Shown: piece after piece, positions 37,233 to 49,198 of the stretch
Position numbering within the stretch: position 1 is the first letter of the stretch
How the letters are laid out: the number at the start of each line of letters is the position of its first letter
DNA from: the human T2T-CHM13v2.0 reference genome, Homo sapiens
DNA length: 64,000 bases
NCBI RefSeq assembly: GCF_009914755.1
Contig: NC_060942.1
Direction: 5' to 3' (one strand)
Made by a program: the position numbers and the translations under genes
Notes under the pieces: generated by a model
What the model was told of the DNA's origin: nothing
The model's input: the letters and a program-made list of their open reading frames with translations, nothing else
The model's database searches: none

Positions 37233-38746
37233 ATAACGTTCACTAAGTTTCTTTTTTCTTCAAGCACCTAGATAGGTCAACATAAATGTGTGATAGAGAG
37301 CACATTTGATTCATAAATTAGTATTTGACTTAGATCCATAGTTATCTGATTTATAGCTCACACCAAATAATCACAGAAAAAAAAATGTAGAAAGATAACA
37401 TCTGTGTCTAAATCATCCCTGAGGCCGTATGCCATTTACATATTACATTACGTATTACGTATTACATTTATCAGTGTAAGTGCAGGAAATGTTAGTCCAC
37501 CTATCTGGTAAAATATTATTGCTGTAGTTCAGTAACAGGACATTTCTCAGGCTACTTGAAGGTGAAATTGAAAGGGCATAAGCTTTAGAATCAGAAAGAT
37601 CTTAGTTCAAATTTGAGATTATAAGAGACTGTGTACATGGCAGAAACCTGGATGCCTCATGGAGTTGCCAGTAAAATAATCAAATTATTCAATCAAATAT
37701 ATTTTCTCAAGTCTTATCTCATGAAATCATCTGATTTAGTCTGAAATATAATACTTCCATTTAATAGATCTTATGCATTCTTGAGGAAATTACTTGGTTG
37801 TAAAGAGAGTAATGATATTGATGATAGCTAAGACCTATACTAAAAATCATTTTATATCGATTGGGACTTTTGGTATGTTAAATAAGAAAAAAACTTAAAG
37901 TTCATGCTAAATTTAAAAAAATTATTTCCCATTTGTTCAACTTGGCATTATTTATATAAAAAGAAAACAAACTCACAATATTAAAAAAATACAGAACAAA
38001 TAAACAGAATAAACTCTTAGAGTCTACTTATTTTAGAAATTCAAACATTTGAAAGTATAAAAATAAGCCCCAGTGAATATGAACTTCTTTATAGTCTATC
38101 TCCTTTTGAACCCCGTTTCAGATGGCCTCCATCAGTCTTCTCAATTTGAAGTGAGGGGAGCATTGGATATGACGAAGCTAATTACATGTGATGGTGAGAA
38201 TTACAGACCCCAGGGGAGACCTATCAGGCTATGGAGCAAGCATTTTCTTAGGGTGCAGCTCTTGGTGGCGGGTTTGTGAAGTTTGAAACGTCTGTTCAGT
38301 GATTTGGGCACCGCCTTGCCTCTATGCTGGGAAATGCTGCCCCACCTTCTGTAGGAAGTGATTAGTTTCATTGCCAGACAGCGTCAGGCCCCGGTGAAAG
38401 AGTAAGCTTCTTCTCTGAGGGTGAGTATTGTGGTGATGCCATTTCAGGGAATAACTGAGGCTCACGTTCGATAAAAGAAGAAAATGTTGTTTATTTTACC
38501 ACTCAAAATGGATTTTTCTGTATTCAGGTTTCATCTGCTTGGCTTTCAGAAATGAACTATATTATTCTTTATACAGGAAGGACCTATAAAAGGCAGGAGT
38601 CAGGTGGGATATTGCTATTTAAGACAAAGAAAGAAGACGTTTAAAACTGTTTTGTTAAGCCCAGACGCTTGACAGATTAAGAGGCTACAATCTCTTTCCA
38701 CAATCAGTAGTGAGTTATCTTCTTTCTCTTCTCCTAGTTACTTCTT

Positions 38747-39055
38747 CTTCTTCTTCTTTTTTTTTTTTTTTTTTTGACAGAGTTTTGTTCTATTTTCAGG
38801 CTGGAATGCAATGGCGCCATCTTGGCTCACCGCAACCTCCACCTTCTGTGTTCAAGCTATTCTCCTGCCTCAGCCTCCCCGAGTAGCTGGGATTACAGGC
38901 GCCTGCCACCACGCCCAGCTAACTTTTGTATTTTTAGTAGAGACAGGGTTTTACCATATTGGCCAGGCTGGTCTTGAACTCCTGACCTCAGATGATCCAC
39001 AAGCCTCTGTCTCCCAAAGTGCTGGGATTACAGGCATGAGTGACCACCCCCGGCC
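38747..39055 (-). mobile_element. Full-length AluS (Sq/Sp-like)
   Basis: Dimer with 'tgcaatggcg' diagnostic; 14-bp TSD CCTAGTTACTTCTT at 38733-38746 and 39056-39069. Confidence 0.96.
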
Positions 39056-40727
39056 CCTAGTTACTTCTTAACCTCCTTAATCAAATTGGAATTTATTGGT
39101 CATGTATTCTCTCTACTGGCCTAACTCAATAACATGTTTTTGTTAGTTGTTCCATGTTCTATCTAGTTTGCCGCTGCTTTTCTATATTTGTTGTCTTTAC
39201 TACCCACTTCTGTTTGATTACTGCCATTTCTACTGTGATTGTAATTTTTCCACTGATGAAATTAACCTTTTCCTTCAAACAATTTGTGTCCCAGTGACAA
39301 CTGATCGGTTTTTACTTAAAAAATTTTCACTGTTTTTTTTTTTTTTTATTTTTTTTCTCCTATCTTATGAAGCTGAAAATAGGAAATTCTGTTTATGAAT
39401 GAAATTCTACTTAGGCACATGACTTACACTACTATAAAACTGTGTCTTTAATTTGGACATCATGCATGGGGGTAATACGTGTATGTTACATTTTGCACAA
39501 AGTCTAGCTTATACTGTGGTGTAATGGTAGGGACTGAGGGCTAATTTAGAAGTTAGAATAGTGAAGCAAAGCTGTGAAATTCTAGTGTTGCTGATGGAAA
39601 GAGGTATTTCCTTCCCTTACTGGAATGATGCTCTTTTTTCTTTTAATATAGATAATAGAAATGGAATTGCCTATAGCAACCTACTTTCCTATCACATCTT
39701 CAACATTTAAACATCCTTTGCTACTGTTTTGGGATAAAAAATCCCATCACTCAGCAGAGACAGAGCAAAGACAGAATTCGCAATATGAATAGGTTTGCTT
39801 TCTTCTAAATATTTGCCTCTCCAACATTTTAAAGATATGCCTACTCATTCTTTAAAGTGCTCATATCTGGTATTCATCTTCAAAACATAAATCCTCTTGC
39901 TATAGTTTTCTTAAAGAAAAGTAGAAAGAATGGCACAGGAGATAATGGCTTAGATTGCTTTCCTAGGTAGCAGGAGTCAGCATGCTGTTTGAATTTTGGC
40001 TGCAATATGGTAAACTCTGCTTGCTTTCAATTATTCAAACCCATTTACATTTTCACGCCAAGTTGGATAAGTTTATATTTCTATTTTTCCAATTTTGAAA
40101 TGAGGCTTTCTGGATGAATTATAACATCACTAGGCCCCTGCATGGAGAAGTAGCACCCAAAGCCTTTTAGGAGTTCATATACTTCAAAGCAAAAGATTGC
40201 TTCTAGTGACTTGTTAGGTAACCTTTCCCTTTTGTCTCTTGACTTTCAGTAGCCTATGCTAGGTGCTCTTACTCAATGATGCAATAGTCAGTAGATTTTC
40301 TTTTAGAAAGAGCAGTATTACCTAAAGCAAGCTCCTTTTCAAAGAAGTAATTTCATGGTCACAATCTGTTAACTGACAAAACATTAAAAAAAAATTTGAG
40401 AATTGATTAGCCAATTTAGACCCTGGCAGCCTAAATCTCCCAGTCCTGCTGTTCTGTGTGTATTCACAGCACCATCCGGTATGTGTGCTAGGTTATGACT
40501 GTTATTTATTTATTTTTACCCTGAAGCACTAGCACTGATTGCAAGAATTGAGTGACTTGGTTGGCAGGGGAAACTGCAATAACAAAGTCTATGTCTGGCT
40601 GGTCATATGAATAATACCAAATAGCACCAGCCAGCTCCTGCCTGTGGCTATGTCAGCTGAGCTAGCCAGAGACATTTTTTTCTCTCATTGATTTTATTTT
40701 TTAAAATTTCTATGAAGCCAAGATTGG

Positions 40728-40769
40728 GACTCAGCAGGTTTGGAATGATGCCAGCATCCTGCTGAGTCA
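40728..40769. promoter_or_regulatory. Candidate ARE/MARE plus NFI motif module
   Basis: TGCTGAGTCA 40760-40769, inverted partial copy GACTCAGCA 40728-40736, TTGGA-N5-GCCAG 40740-40754. Confidence 0.35.
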
Positions 40770-41384
40770 GAAGAAAAGTATATTGACCTGATGTATTGGA
40801 CAAAGTGCAATGGAAGTGACAGAACAAGTTGTCAAGGTGTTGCTCTACAAAAGCTTTTTAGAACAAGAGATTTGGGACAATGAACTACAAATGGAGCTGG
40901 TGGTCAGGGTCTAAGGAAGCCCCTTTCAACTCCTTTTGATAGAACACATTCTACAGTAGGAGGCTTTTCTCTGATTGCTGGGCAGAATAAAACTGTAGCA
41001 TTCTCTGTTAATTTTTTTGTACCGTTAACTGCTAATGCCTATTTGAAGCAGTGGAATATCCTGCTGTTGTCTTTGAATGAAAAGACTTCAGGAAACAAAA
41101 TTAATTGGTGTATTCTTTGTTTGCATAATAATGATTCCACATAAAAATTAAATGACAAACCTTGGAATACGTTCTTTTTATTGCAAAATATACCAAAATT
41201 ACCCTTAAAATAGTATAACATATAAGAATTAAGAACTTACTTGATTTGCCTTTAGACATAAAGGACTCTGTAATAAACATATTTCATAATATTTTAAATA
41301 GGTGTAGGTATTAAATAAAGATTCTGTGTGGATAGGTCATTTAAAGATGGGTCAGGAGACAGGAGACAGAGCAAAGTAGCTGAT

Positions 41385-41721
41385 TCTTTTTTGTTGTTGT
41401 TGAGACAGAGTCTCACTCTGTTACATTCTTTTTTGTTGTTGTTGAGACAGAGTCTCATTCTGTTACCTAGGCTGGAGTGGAGTGGCACGATCTCTGCTCA
41501 CTGCAACCTCCGCCTCCCGGGTTTAAGCAATTTCTCTGCCTCAGCCTCCCAAGTAGCTGAAATTACAGGCACATGCCACCATGCCTCGCTAATTTTTGTA
41601 TTTTTAGTAGAGATGAGGTTTCACCATCTTGGCCAGGCTGGTCTTGAACTCCTGACCTCGTGATCCACCCACCTCGGCCTCCCAAAGTGCTGGGATTACA
41701 GGCGTGAGCCACCGGTCCGGC
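41385..41721 (-). mobile_element. AluS (Sg-like) with 42-bp tandem duplication of its tail end
   Basis: 'gacctcgtgatcc' diagnostic; duplicated units 41383-41424 and 41425-41466; TSD about GCTGAT. Confidence 0.95.
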
Positions 41722-41849
41722 TGCTGATCCATCTTTATGCTACCTATCCACACAGAATCCATATCAACATTCCTGGAAAAGCTCCTGTAAAGGAAATTTG
41801 GCTAGACCTTTACCTATGAGCAAACTTTCCCCGAATGCACATTGGGAAC

Positions 41850-42640
41850 TTTCAGAAAGGCATTGATATTAAACAAATATTTTGGGAGTGCTCAGCAGAG
41901 AGAACAGTGATCACTAAGAACCATGTGTTTACGAAGAATGAGTCATGAAAATAACAGCTTGTTTACCTTTTGATTATGGGCAGTGAGAGAGATAAATTAT
42001 AACCCAATTGGGCAGAGTATTTGATTCAATACTTCAAGATGACCTTTTGAGCAAGAAGTACATATTAAGAAAAATACAGTCAGTTAAATTACCTAATTAA
42101 ACCTAATAATGTTGATTAGTGGATTAGAAGGGACACAGAAGGGTATATTATTCAGGACTCTTTCCTTCTTCCTACCCAGTTAGATATTTTAAGTGATAAT
42201 TTCAATGCTTATCAAATGTTCTGGTGATTGAAAACTAATATGTTACATAAGGTTAGTAATTTTAGAAAGATCGCCACAAGGAAGAACATGTTTGAAATTA
42301 ATAAGATAAAATTAACAGAGATGGTGTAAAATTTTATGTATGGAAAAAAAATAATGGCATAAGGACAGGATTCAGGAGGCCTGACATGACGGTCACAGCT
42401 CATCTGAAACAGACCCACAGGTTTTATACGAATCCAGGATTAAACTCTCAGTGCGATGCACCTGTTAGAATAGAAGGACCAGTGCAATCACAGAGGTAGA
42501 TGAACAGCTGATGGGAGGTGGGTTCCACACAGGGCTCAACACACACTTGGAATATGATGTCAAAGCCCTTTGTCATAGGCAAAAAGGCACCAATGAGTTA
42601 GAAATTATTCCAAGGCACCCAAAGTGAATTATGAGAGTTC
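41850..42640 (+). mobile_element. L3/CR1 LINE relic
   Basis: CR1 RT-like text 'aaccatgtgtttacgaagaatgagtcatg...ccttttgat' and 'atgcttatcaaatgttctggtgattgaaaact'. Confidence 0.55.
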
Positions 42641-42679
42641 CAAAAGTCTCTCGATATTTATTTGTTCATTTAATACTAA

Positions 42680-42915
42680 TAATGTTTCCTGAGTAACTGC
42701 TCTTGACAACCTCAATGTCAAGGCTTCTTCTGTAAGCATTGCTTGATTTAATTGCTGTCACAACCTCTTGACCTGTAGTTCTTATATTTATTATCATTTT
42801 ATAGATGAGGAAACTGAGGCTTAGAAAGGTTAAATGATTCGTTCAAGGTCAACAAAGTACTCAGTGGCAAATCTGGAAATGTAATCTTTGCCCCCTTTTT
42901 AAACCACCATGCTAT
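42680..42915 (-). mobile_element. MIR
   Basis: 'cattttatagatgaggaaactgaggcttagaaaggttaaatga' MIR core. Confidence 0.85.
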
Positions 42916-42934
42916 GTAACAAAATGAATTTTAC

Positions 42935-43440
42935 TTGCTCCCATGGCTGCTTTAGAGTAAAATGCACAGCTTCTCTGTCAAGATGCTATGGACTCTGGCC
43001 TCACCCTACCTTTCCAAATGATTTCTTGTTACATCCTTCAATCTATCTGTTGCTCCAGCCGAGCTAGCTCAATATTCTGCATCATCTCAGTCCCATTCTT
43101 TTGCTATTGGCTCAAATTGGAAGAGCCTATTTGCACTGCTGTTCAACTCCAACTTAAATGTGACTTTCTTTACGAGGCCTTCCTTATTCCTTAAAACAAA
43201 TGGAACAATCTCTACTCCAAGCTTTCAGGATCCCATTATTTTCAAAAGCCTTTTGCACCTAATAATACTATTTTTCTACTAATTTTTATACTGATTTGTG
43301 TACATTTTTATCTCTAATAAACAGTAAGCTCCTTGACAACAAGGACTGTGTCCTTTGCTTTGTTTCACAGAGAATTCAGCTTAGGCTTAGGCCTTACTAT
43401 TACTAGTGGTTTAATACATATTCCTTGGATGAAAGAGTAA
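42935..43440 (+). mobile_element. L2 3' region
   Basis: 'gtaagctccttgacaacaaggactgtgtc', 'aatacatattccttggatgaaagagt'. Confidence 0.7.
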
Positions 43441-43964
43441 CATAGATAATTGTGGTCAATGGCCTAAGCAGAGAATGTTCTCAGTAATATTACAAATGAC
43501 AAGTTGGATAAAATACCTATTACAATGTAGATTGATGTCTAATAAGTTGATTTGAAATCTTATAAATATAAACAGGAAAGTGGGGAAAGGAATTTATTTA
43601 ACATTTGGTATTCCAATGGAACTGTCTTTCAATAGATTGTAATTATACCTTATCTTGCCTATCGTAAGTGGCTTATTTAGAAGCAGCTTGTATCAGATTA
43701 GAAAAATCTAGAATTTGGAGTATAGGTGGTTAATTCCTGGGATTGTCCTTATCTTAGTCAGTATGAATTGGGAGATGTGGAGGCGTTGGAGGAAGTGACA
43801 TATTTTCAAGTGCAAGCATGATGAAACATGTGCACAGAAAGATAATCTAAAATTTGGCCAAAGGGAAAAGATGCCTTCCACATATGAAAAAATCAAGCTG
43901 GAAGCAGAATCCAAGATTTATGGTATCCAACCAGGAAAGGGTTTCTCATATATTCCCAGTATGA

Positions 43965-44490
43965 TATAGGGTAACGTCATAGGTTCTGGTGTGTCTGGGT
44001 TTAATTCTGCCACTTCTGCACCTTGCTACTTTGGAAGACCTATATAACTTCTCCAAGATTTAGTTTCTTCATCTGTAAAATGGGAATGATAATTTGTACT
44101 AACATAACGGGGTTATCATAAGGACTAACCAAATTAATGTATGTAAATTTCCAAGAACAGTGTCCTGCACATTGTTAGAGCTGCATTAACTCTTAGAAAT
44201 TATATTATTTTTTCTTTCTGTTTTGAATGATATATTTTTGTTAACCAGGCATTAACAGTGCACCTAGCTTAAAAATACTTGCAGTCATTTTTTGGATTGT
44301 ACTGTGGCTTGGCTCATTACTAGCTTTGTGATCCCAAGGAAGTGACCAAACTCTGGGTCTCAGATTTTTTTTAACCTATAAAATGGGAATATAAACATTC
44401 ATATGTAGCCCTCAGTAATGTCTCAAATATCAAAAAAAACAATGCTTGGGGAAATGTTTTATAATCTATACAATGCTATAGAAATTTTAA
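43965..44490 (+). mobile_element. Two MIR copies (about 43965-44210 and 44295-44490)
   Basis: 'agtttcttcatctgtaaaatgggaatgataat' and 'ctcagattttt...acctataaaatgggaatata'. Confidence 0.8.
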
Positions 44491-45570
44491 AGCTTTAATA
44501 ATTCAACAGACAGCTATTGAGTCCCTTATATGGATATAGACTGCTGAAGAGAGGATGGGAAAGTGCCTGATGTTCTCTGGTCTTCCAAGGCTGCCTGGTT
44601 GCATGACCCTGATGTGACTTTCCACCTGTTGCCTATTTTCAGCCCATTTGTAGGGAATCCACTTCTCCAGCTAAGGATTCACATTATCAGAGCTCCTGAG
44701 ACTAATTTACAAAACCAGAATGCCAATCTATTACCTGACAGTAAGAAAAAAAGAGCTGCCATGAAAGCTGAAATAAACAAGTAATCATGCTTTTTTATGT
44801 CTACATTTGTTTACCTATACTCAGAGATATATATAGGAAGCCAAGCTATAGTTAGAAGGCTTTTTTGGTGCATCAGGAACTTGAGCCACAGGAAATAGAT
44901 TTGGGCATTGACTAAAGTAGTGAAGATACCCTGATGCATCCATCTTCACCAACTGCAAAGGGGCTACAACCCTTGAAAACAATCCACTAAGGCTGCCTGT
45001 TCCTGAGTGTGTCCTCGAATTGATGCTTTCAATGTTCACTTACAGTGATTTCTTATTTTTGCTGACCTGGCTGACTCATCTTTTCCTCTGAAGAATGCTT
45101 AACAACTGCTCTAATACAAAATAAAAAGGTACTATCTGGTGTTAAGATTTTCTTTCCCCACTTACATGTATTCCCTAGTCTAAATCTTAGATTTTCCCTA
45201 AGGTTTATTTCCCTCAGAAAGTAGAGGCTGGCATTATGGAGCCAAAGGCTTATTCTACTCCTCCTCCTCCAGGGGAATATCTACTTTGAGGAGAGTTAAG
45301 TTAGGCCTGAGCAGAAGGAAGAAGGGAGAGCAGAGGTTAGTGCTTGGAATGGAGGATTTCTGTGAGTACACTGCCCTGGACCCTGGTGGATAATTAGATG
45401 GCTATGCTGGGTGCTTGCTGGATACCTAAAATGAGGTCCCATTCTTAGGAATGGTTTCCCCTAACACACTGAGAGTTTAAATTTATCCTCTATTTACATA
45501 AAACCCATGGGTCTTTTTTAGATCGACTGTGACCATCATGCCAGGCCTCCTGAAGCTTGACCTCATGCAA

Positions 45571-46116
45571 TTATTATTTATTTTATTTTATTTTTGTTTT
45601 TCCATAAGTTATTGGGGTATAGGTGGTATTTGGTTACATGAGTAAGTTCTTCAGTAGAGATTTGTGAGAACCCGGTGCACCAAATCAAGAACTCGACCCC
45701 TTTCGCAAAAGCTGCAAAAAATAAATAAATAAATAAATAAAATACTTACAAATATACCTAACGAAGGAGTCGAAAGACCTCTAAAGGAAAACTACTAAAC
45801 ACTGCTAAAAGAAATCATAGATGACACAAATAAATGGAAACATGTTCCATGCTCATGGATGGGTAGAATCAATATTGTGAAAATGACCATACTGCCAAAA
45901 GCAGTCTACAAATTCAACACAATCCCCATCAAAACACCACCATCATTCTTCACAGAGTCAGAAAAAAAAATTCTAAAATTCATATGGAATAAAAAAGGAG
46001 CCTGCATAGCCAGAGCAAGACTAAGCAAAAAACAAATCTGGAGGCATCACACTACCTGATTTCAAGCTATACTATAAGGCCATAGTCACCCAAACAGCAT
46101 GGTACTGGTATAAAAA
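45571..46116 (-). mobile_element. L1PB-like insertion with 5' inversion (twin priming)
   Basis: 45571-45681 is an L1PB 3' end with T tail on minus; 45682-46116 is an ORF2 segment on plus ([24 protein letters not shown]). Confidence 0.88.
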
Positions 46117-46759
46117 TTTTTTTCTATACATCGAATCTTACACCATCTCTGTTAATTTAATCTTATTAATTTCAAACATGTTTTTCCTTGTGGAGATCTG
46201 TCTGAAATTACTAACCTTATACAGCATATTAGTTCTCAATCACCCGAACATTTGATAAGCTCTGAAATTATTACTAAAAATGTCTAACTGGGTAAGAAGA
46301 AGGAAAGAGTCCTGAATTATATACTCTTCTGTGTCCCCTCTAATCCACTAATCAACACTATTAGGTTTAATCAGATAATTCAACTGGCTATATTTTTATA
46401 AAGGGCCTTCTACATTCCTAAGAATGCCAATGGACCAAACATTAACAGCTCTGACCTTGAGACTTTTGGCAAAGGATTTCTGTGCCCAGCCTTAACATGG
46501 AAAGAGAAAGCTGCTTTTCAGCCCTCAGGCAGCAGCAACACTTTCCCAAGTAGACTGGAGAGTAGGAAGTAGCTGGATGTTTTGGCATATCTAAAATCCC
46601 TGAGAATCTTGTATAATATTAGAGAATTGGAGCAGGCTCTTTCCCCACAGCAGATTACTAGCAGCAAATTATAAGCCAACCAGATAGATACATGGAGGCT
46701 CACAATTGATTGATCTGATTTTGCAAACCAAAGAGAAGTATCCATTTCTATTTTATGGT

Positions 46760-47052
<293 letters not shown>

Positions 47053-47146
47053 CTGATTGTTTTAAATCTCAGTCTAAGAGGGCAGCATTTATCTTATTTC
47101 ACAATTCTTAGGAAAAACTTTATTGTTAAATACTTATATACTGAAA

Positions 47147-47179
<33 letters not shown>

Positions 47180-47193
47180 CACACGCACGCACA
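47147..47193. repeat. Interrupted (CA)n microsatellite
   Basis: About 20 CA units with an AA interruption and CG variants. Confidence 0.95.
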
Positions 47194-48644
47194 AACCCAG
47201 TCCTGCCATCTGGAAAGAATTGTTGTCTGGGAAAGACATACAAGTAGGTATAAGTCAATAGGTCATGATGATATTATTGTTAAGTGCCTTTGCAAAAATT
47301 AGTGTAGGTTACATTAGAGAGGTTCTTATTCCAGAGCTGGAAAAGAAGAGGGTGGGGTCACTTCAGAGAAGAAGATATGCTAACCCCCACCACAGGCAAG
47401 AAGCACGTCATGAACATCTTCCTGAAAGCAGCTGCATTTGATTTTATTGAAGAATGCATATGAGCCAAGGCTGCAAAGAAGGGGAAATGACTTACTAGGA
47501 AAAGGTATCCGCACATAAAAATTCCGGCGGGTTTGAGACAGTGCAAAAAGCTAGTAAGTGTCCAATTTGAGTGAATAAAGTTTCTGCCAATAGGTATGAA
47601 AATGATATTTATTCACTCAGTAAATTATTTATTCCAGTGATTTTTCTTCATTTGTGGGGATCCATCCATGTTCTCTTGCTCATGCAACCAGTGACCACAG
47701 GTGGACAATTGTGAGATGGTTGGCTTGGATTATGGATTCTGTTTCTGATCAAGAAACTGTGCAAAGTTAATTGACCTTATTAGAAGACTTGAATGTAAAA
47801 TATTGTTTTTTCAGCAAAGTACAAAATACAGAGCCAATCAAATCCAACCACATTTAGCACATAATTTACTTATCTCTTAGAATATAGTAAAATAATTTTT
47901 TGGAATCAGTATTTGTTGATCCATTGCTTTATCTCCCTTTGTATTTCTGTTGGAAGAGCTTAGCTAACTAAAAATAGACAGCAGTGAAATAATGCAGAAC
48001 CTAAAACTTAACTTTGAAGCTGCTAGGTTCTGTTGTGAGACATTTGCCCTTCTTTATATAATATCTTTTGTGATGATGATTATTATTTTACTTCCTTAGT
48101 ACTATTTTCTCACTTATTCAAATATGATATTTCTGATCAACCAGAGGCTTAAATAAAAGTTTAATTGATAGGCATTAAAAATTGCAAAAGTTAATAAGGA
48201 TGAAATAGTCCACTTTGAAAATAGTCAAGGGAAGAATGCTCTCTCAAAGGAATTGATAAGAAGGCAAAGGTGCAGTCTTTGATGAAGTCTTTTGGCTGTA
48301 CAGTTTGCTGTCAGTATTTTGGCTGTACAGTTTGCTCAGGTATTTTTTAACTTTATATTTAAAAGCTGGTAAGAAGAGCACAAAGATGGAGATAAAAGTG
48401 TATCATATATCTGTGATATACTCAAACTATCAGAAAGTTCAGCTTCTAATGGAGCTGGGAAATGCTTTAGAAAAATTCTAAAACAAAATAAAAAGAAAAG
48501 CAAAAGATACATTTAAGGTCTGCATAGAACAAGAAGAAGAGCAAAGGTTGAGATCGACATGTTGTGTGAAGCTAGTGGTTTTCATGTTAATCGCTTACAA
48601 AGAAAAGCTAGAACTAACTGCTCATCTTACATTTTGTCTTGTAG

Positions 48645-48703
48645 GTCAAGAAGAGTGTGGTTTTCCATTGCTGTGTGCATAATAGCTAGTTCCTATTGGC
48701 AAG
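48645..48703 (+). other. Candidate 59-nt exon
   Basis: Branch-like ACTAAC 48613-48618, 'tcttacattttgtcttgtag' acceptor, AAG|GTAGGT donor, in non-repeat DNA; no transcript evidence. Confidence 0.35.
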
Positions 48704-49153
48704 GTAGGTCTTGCAATAAACATCTTACCTAAAACTCAATCTAGTGTTCTTTATGACTTTATTTTATTCTTCTCCTACTGGTTTTCAGTTCCATTAATGA
48801 AAACATACCTCAATGGCATACTGAATTCAGGGCAATTACAGGTATTGAATCAGAATTCCTTGCAACTAGTACATGTATACACAGACCTAACAGTGGTGCT
48901 TTTTACATGTAACCCATTTCCATGAATAGTAGGCCCGCTTACGTAAAGTTAACACTATTAAAATAATGTTTCCAACAGGGCATTCTGTGTTCTATGGTGA
49001 TTCCCTTGGGGTGTTGTGTGTTTTATGGCACTTCCCCCAGCATTTTCTATGGTGTTTCCCACAGAGTGGTCCGTGGTGATATAAACTTGGGAAATGTTGG
49101 ATTATAGATAAAGTGCAAGATTAATGTTAGATAAATTTGGGAAAAGTTCTGTA

Positions 49154-49156
<3 letters not shown>

Positions 49157-49187
<31 letters not shown>

Positions 49188-49198
49188 TGTCTGTGTGT
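49157..49198. repeat. (GT)n microsatellite
   Basis: About 15 GT units followed by CTGT variants. Confidence 0.95.

Noticed and set aside
48722-48745. Minus-strand TAG|GTAAGA recursive-like motif
   Set aside because: Only 4 T before the AG and a competing upstream AG; weak acceptor
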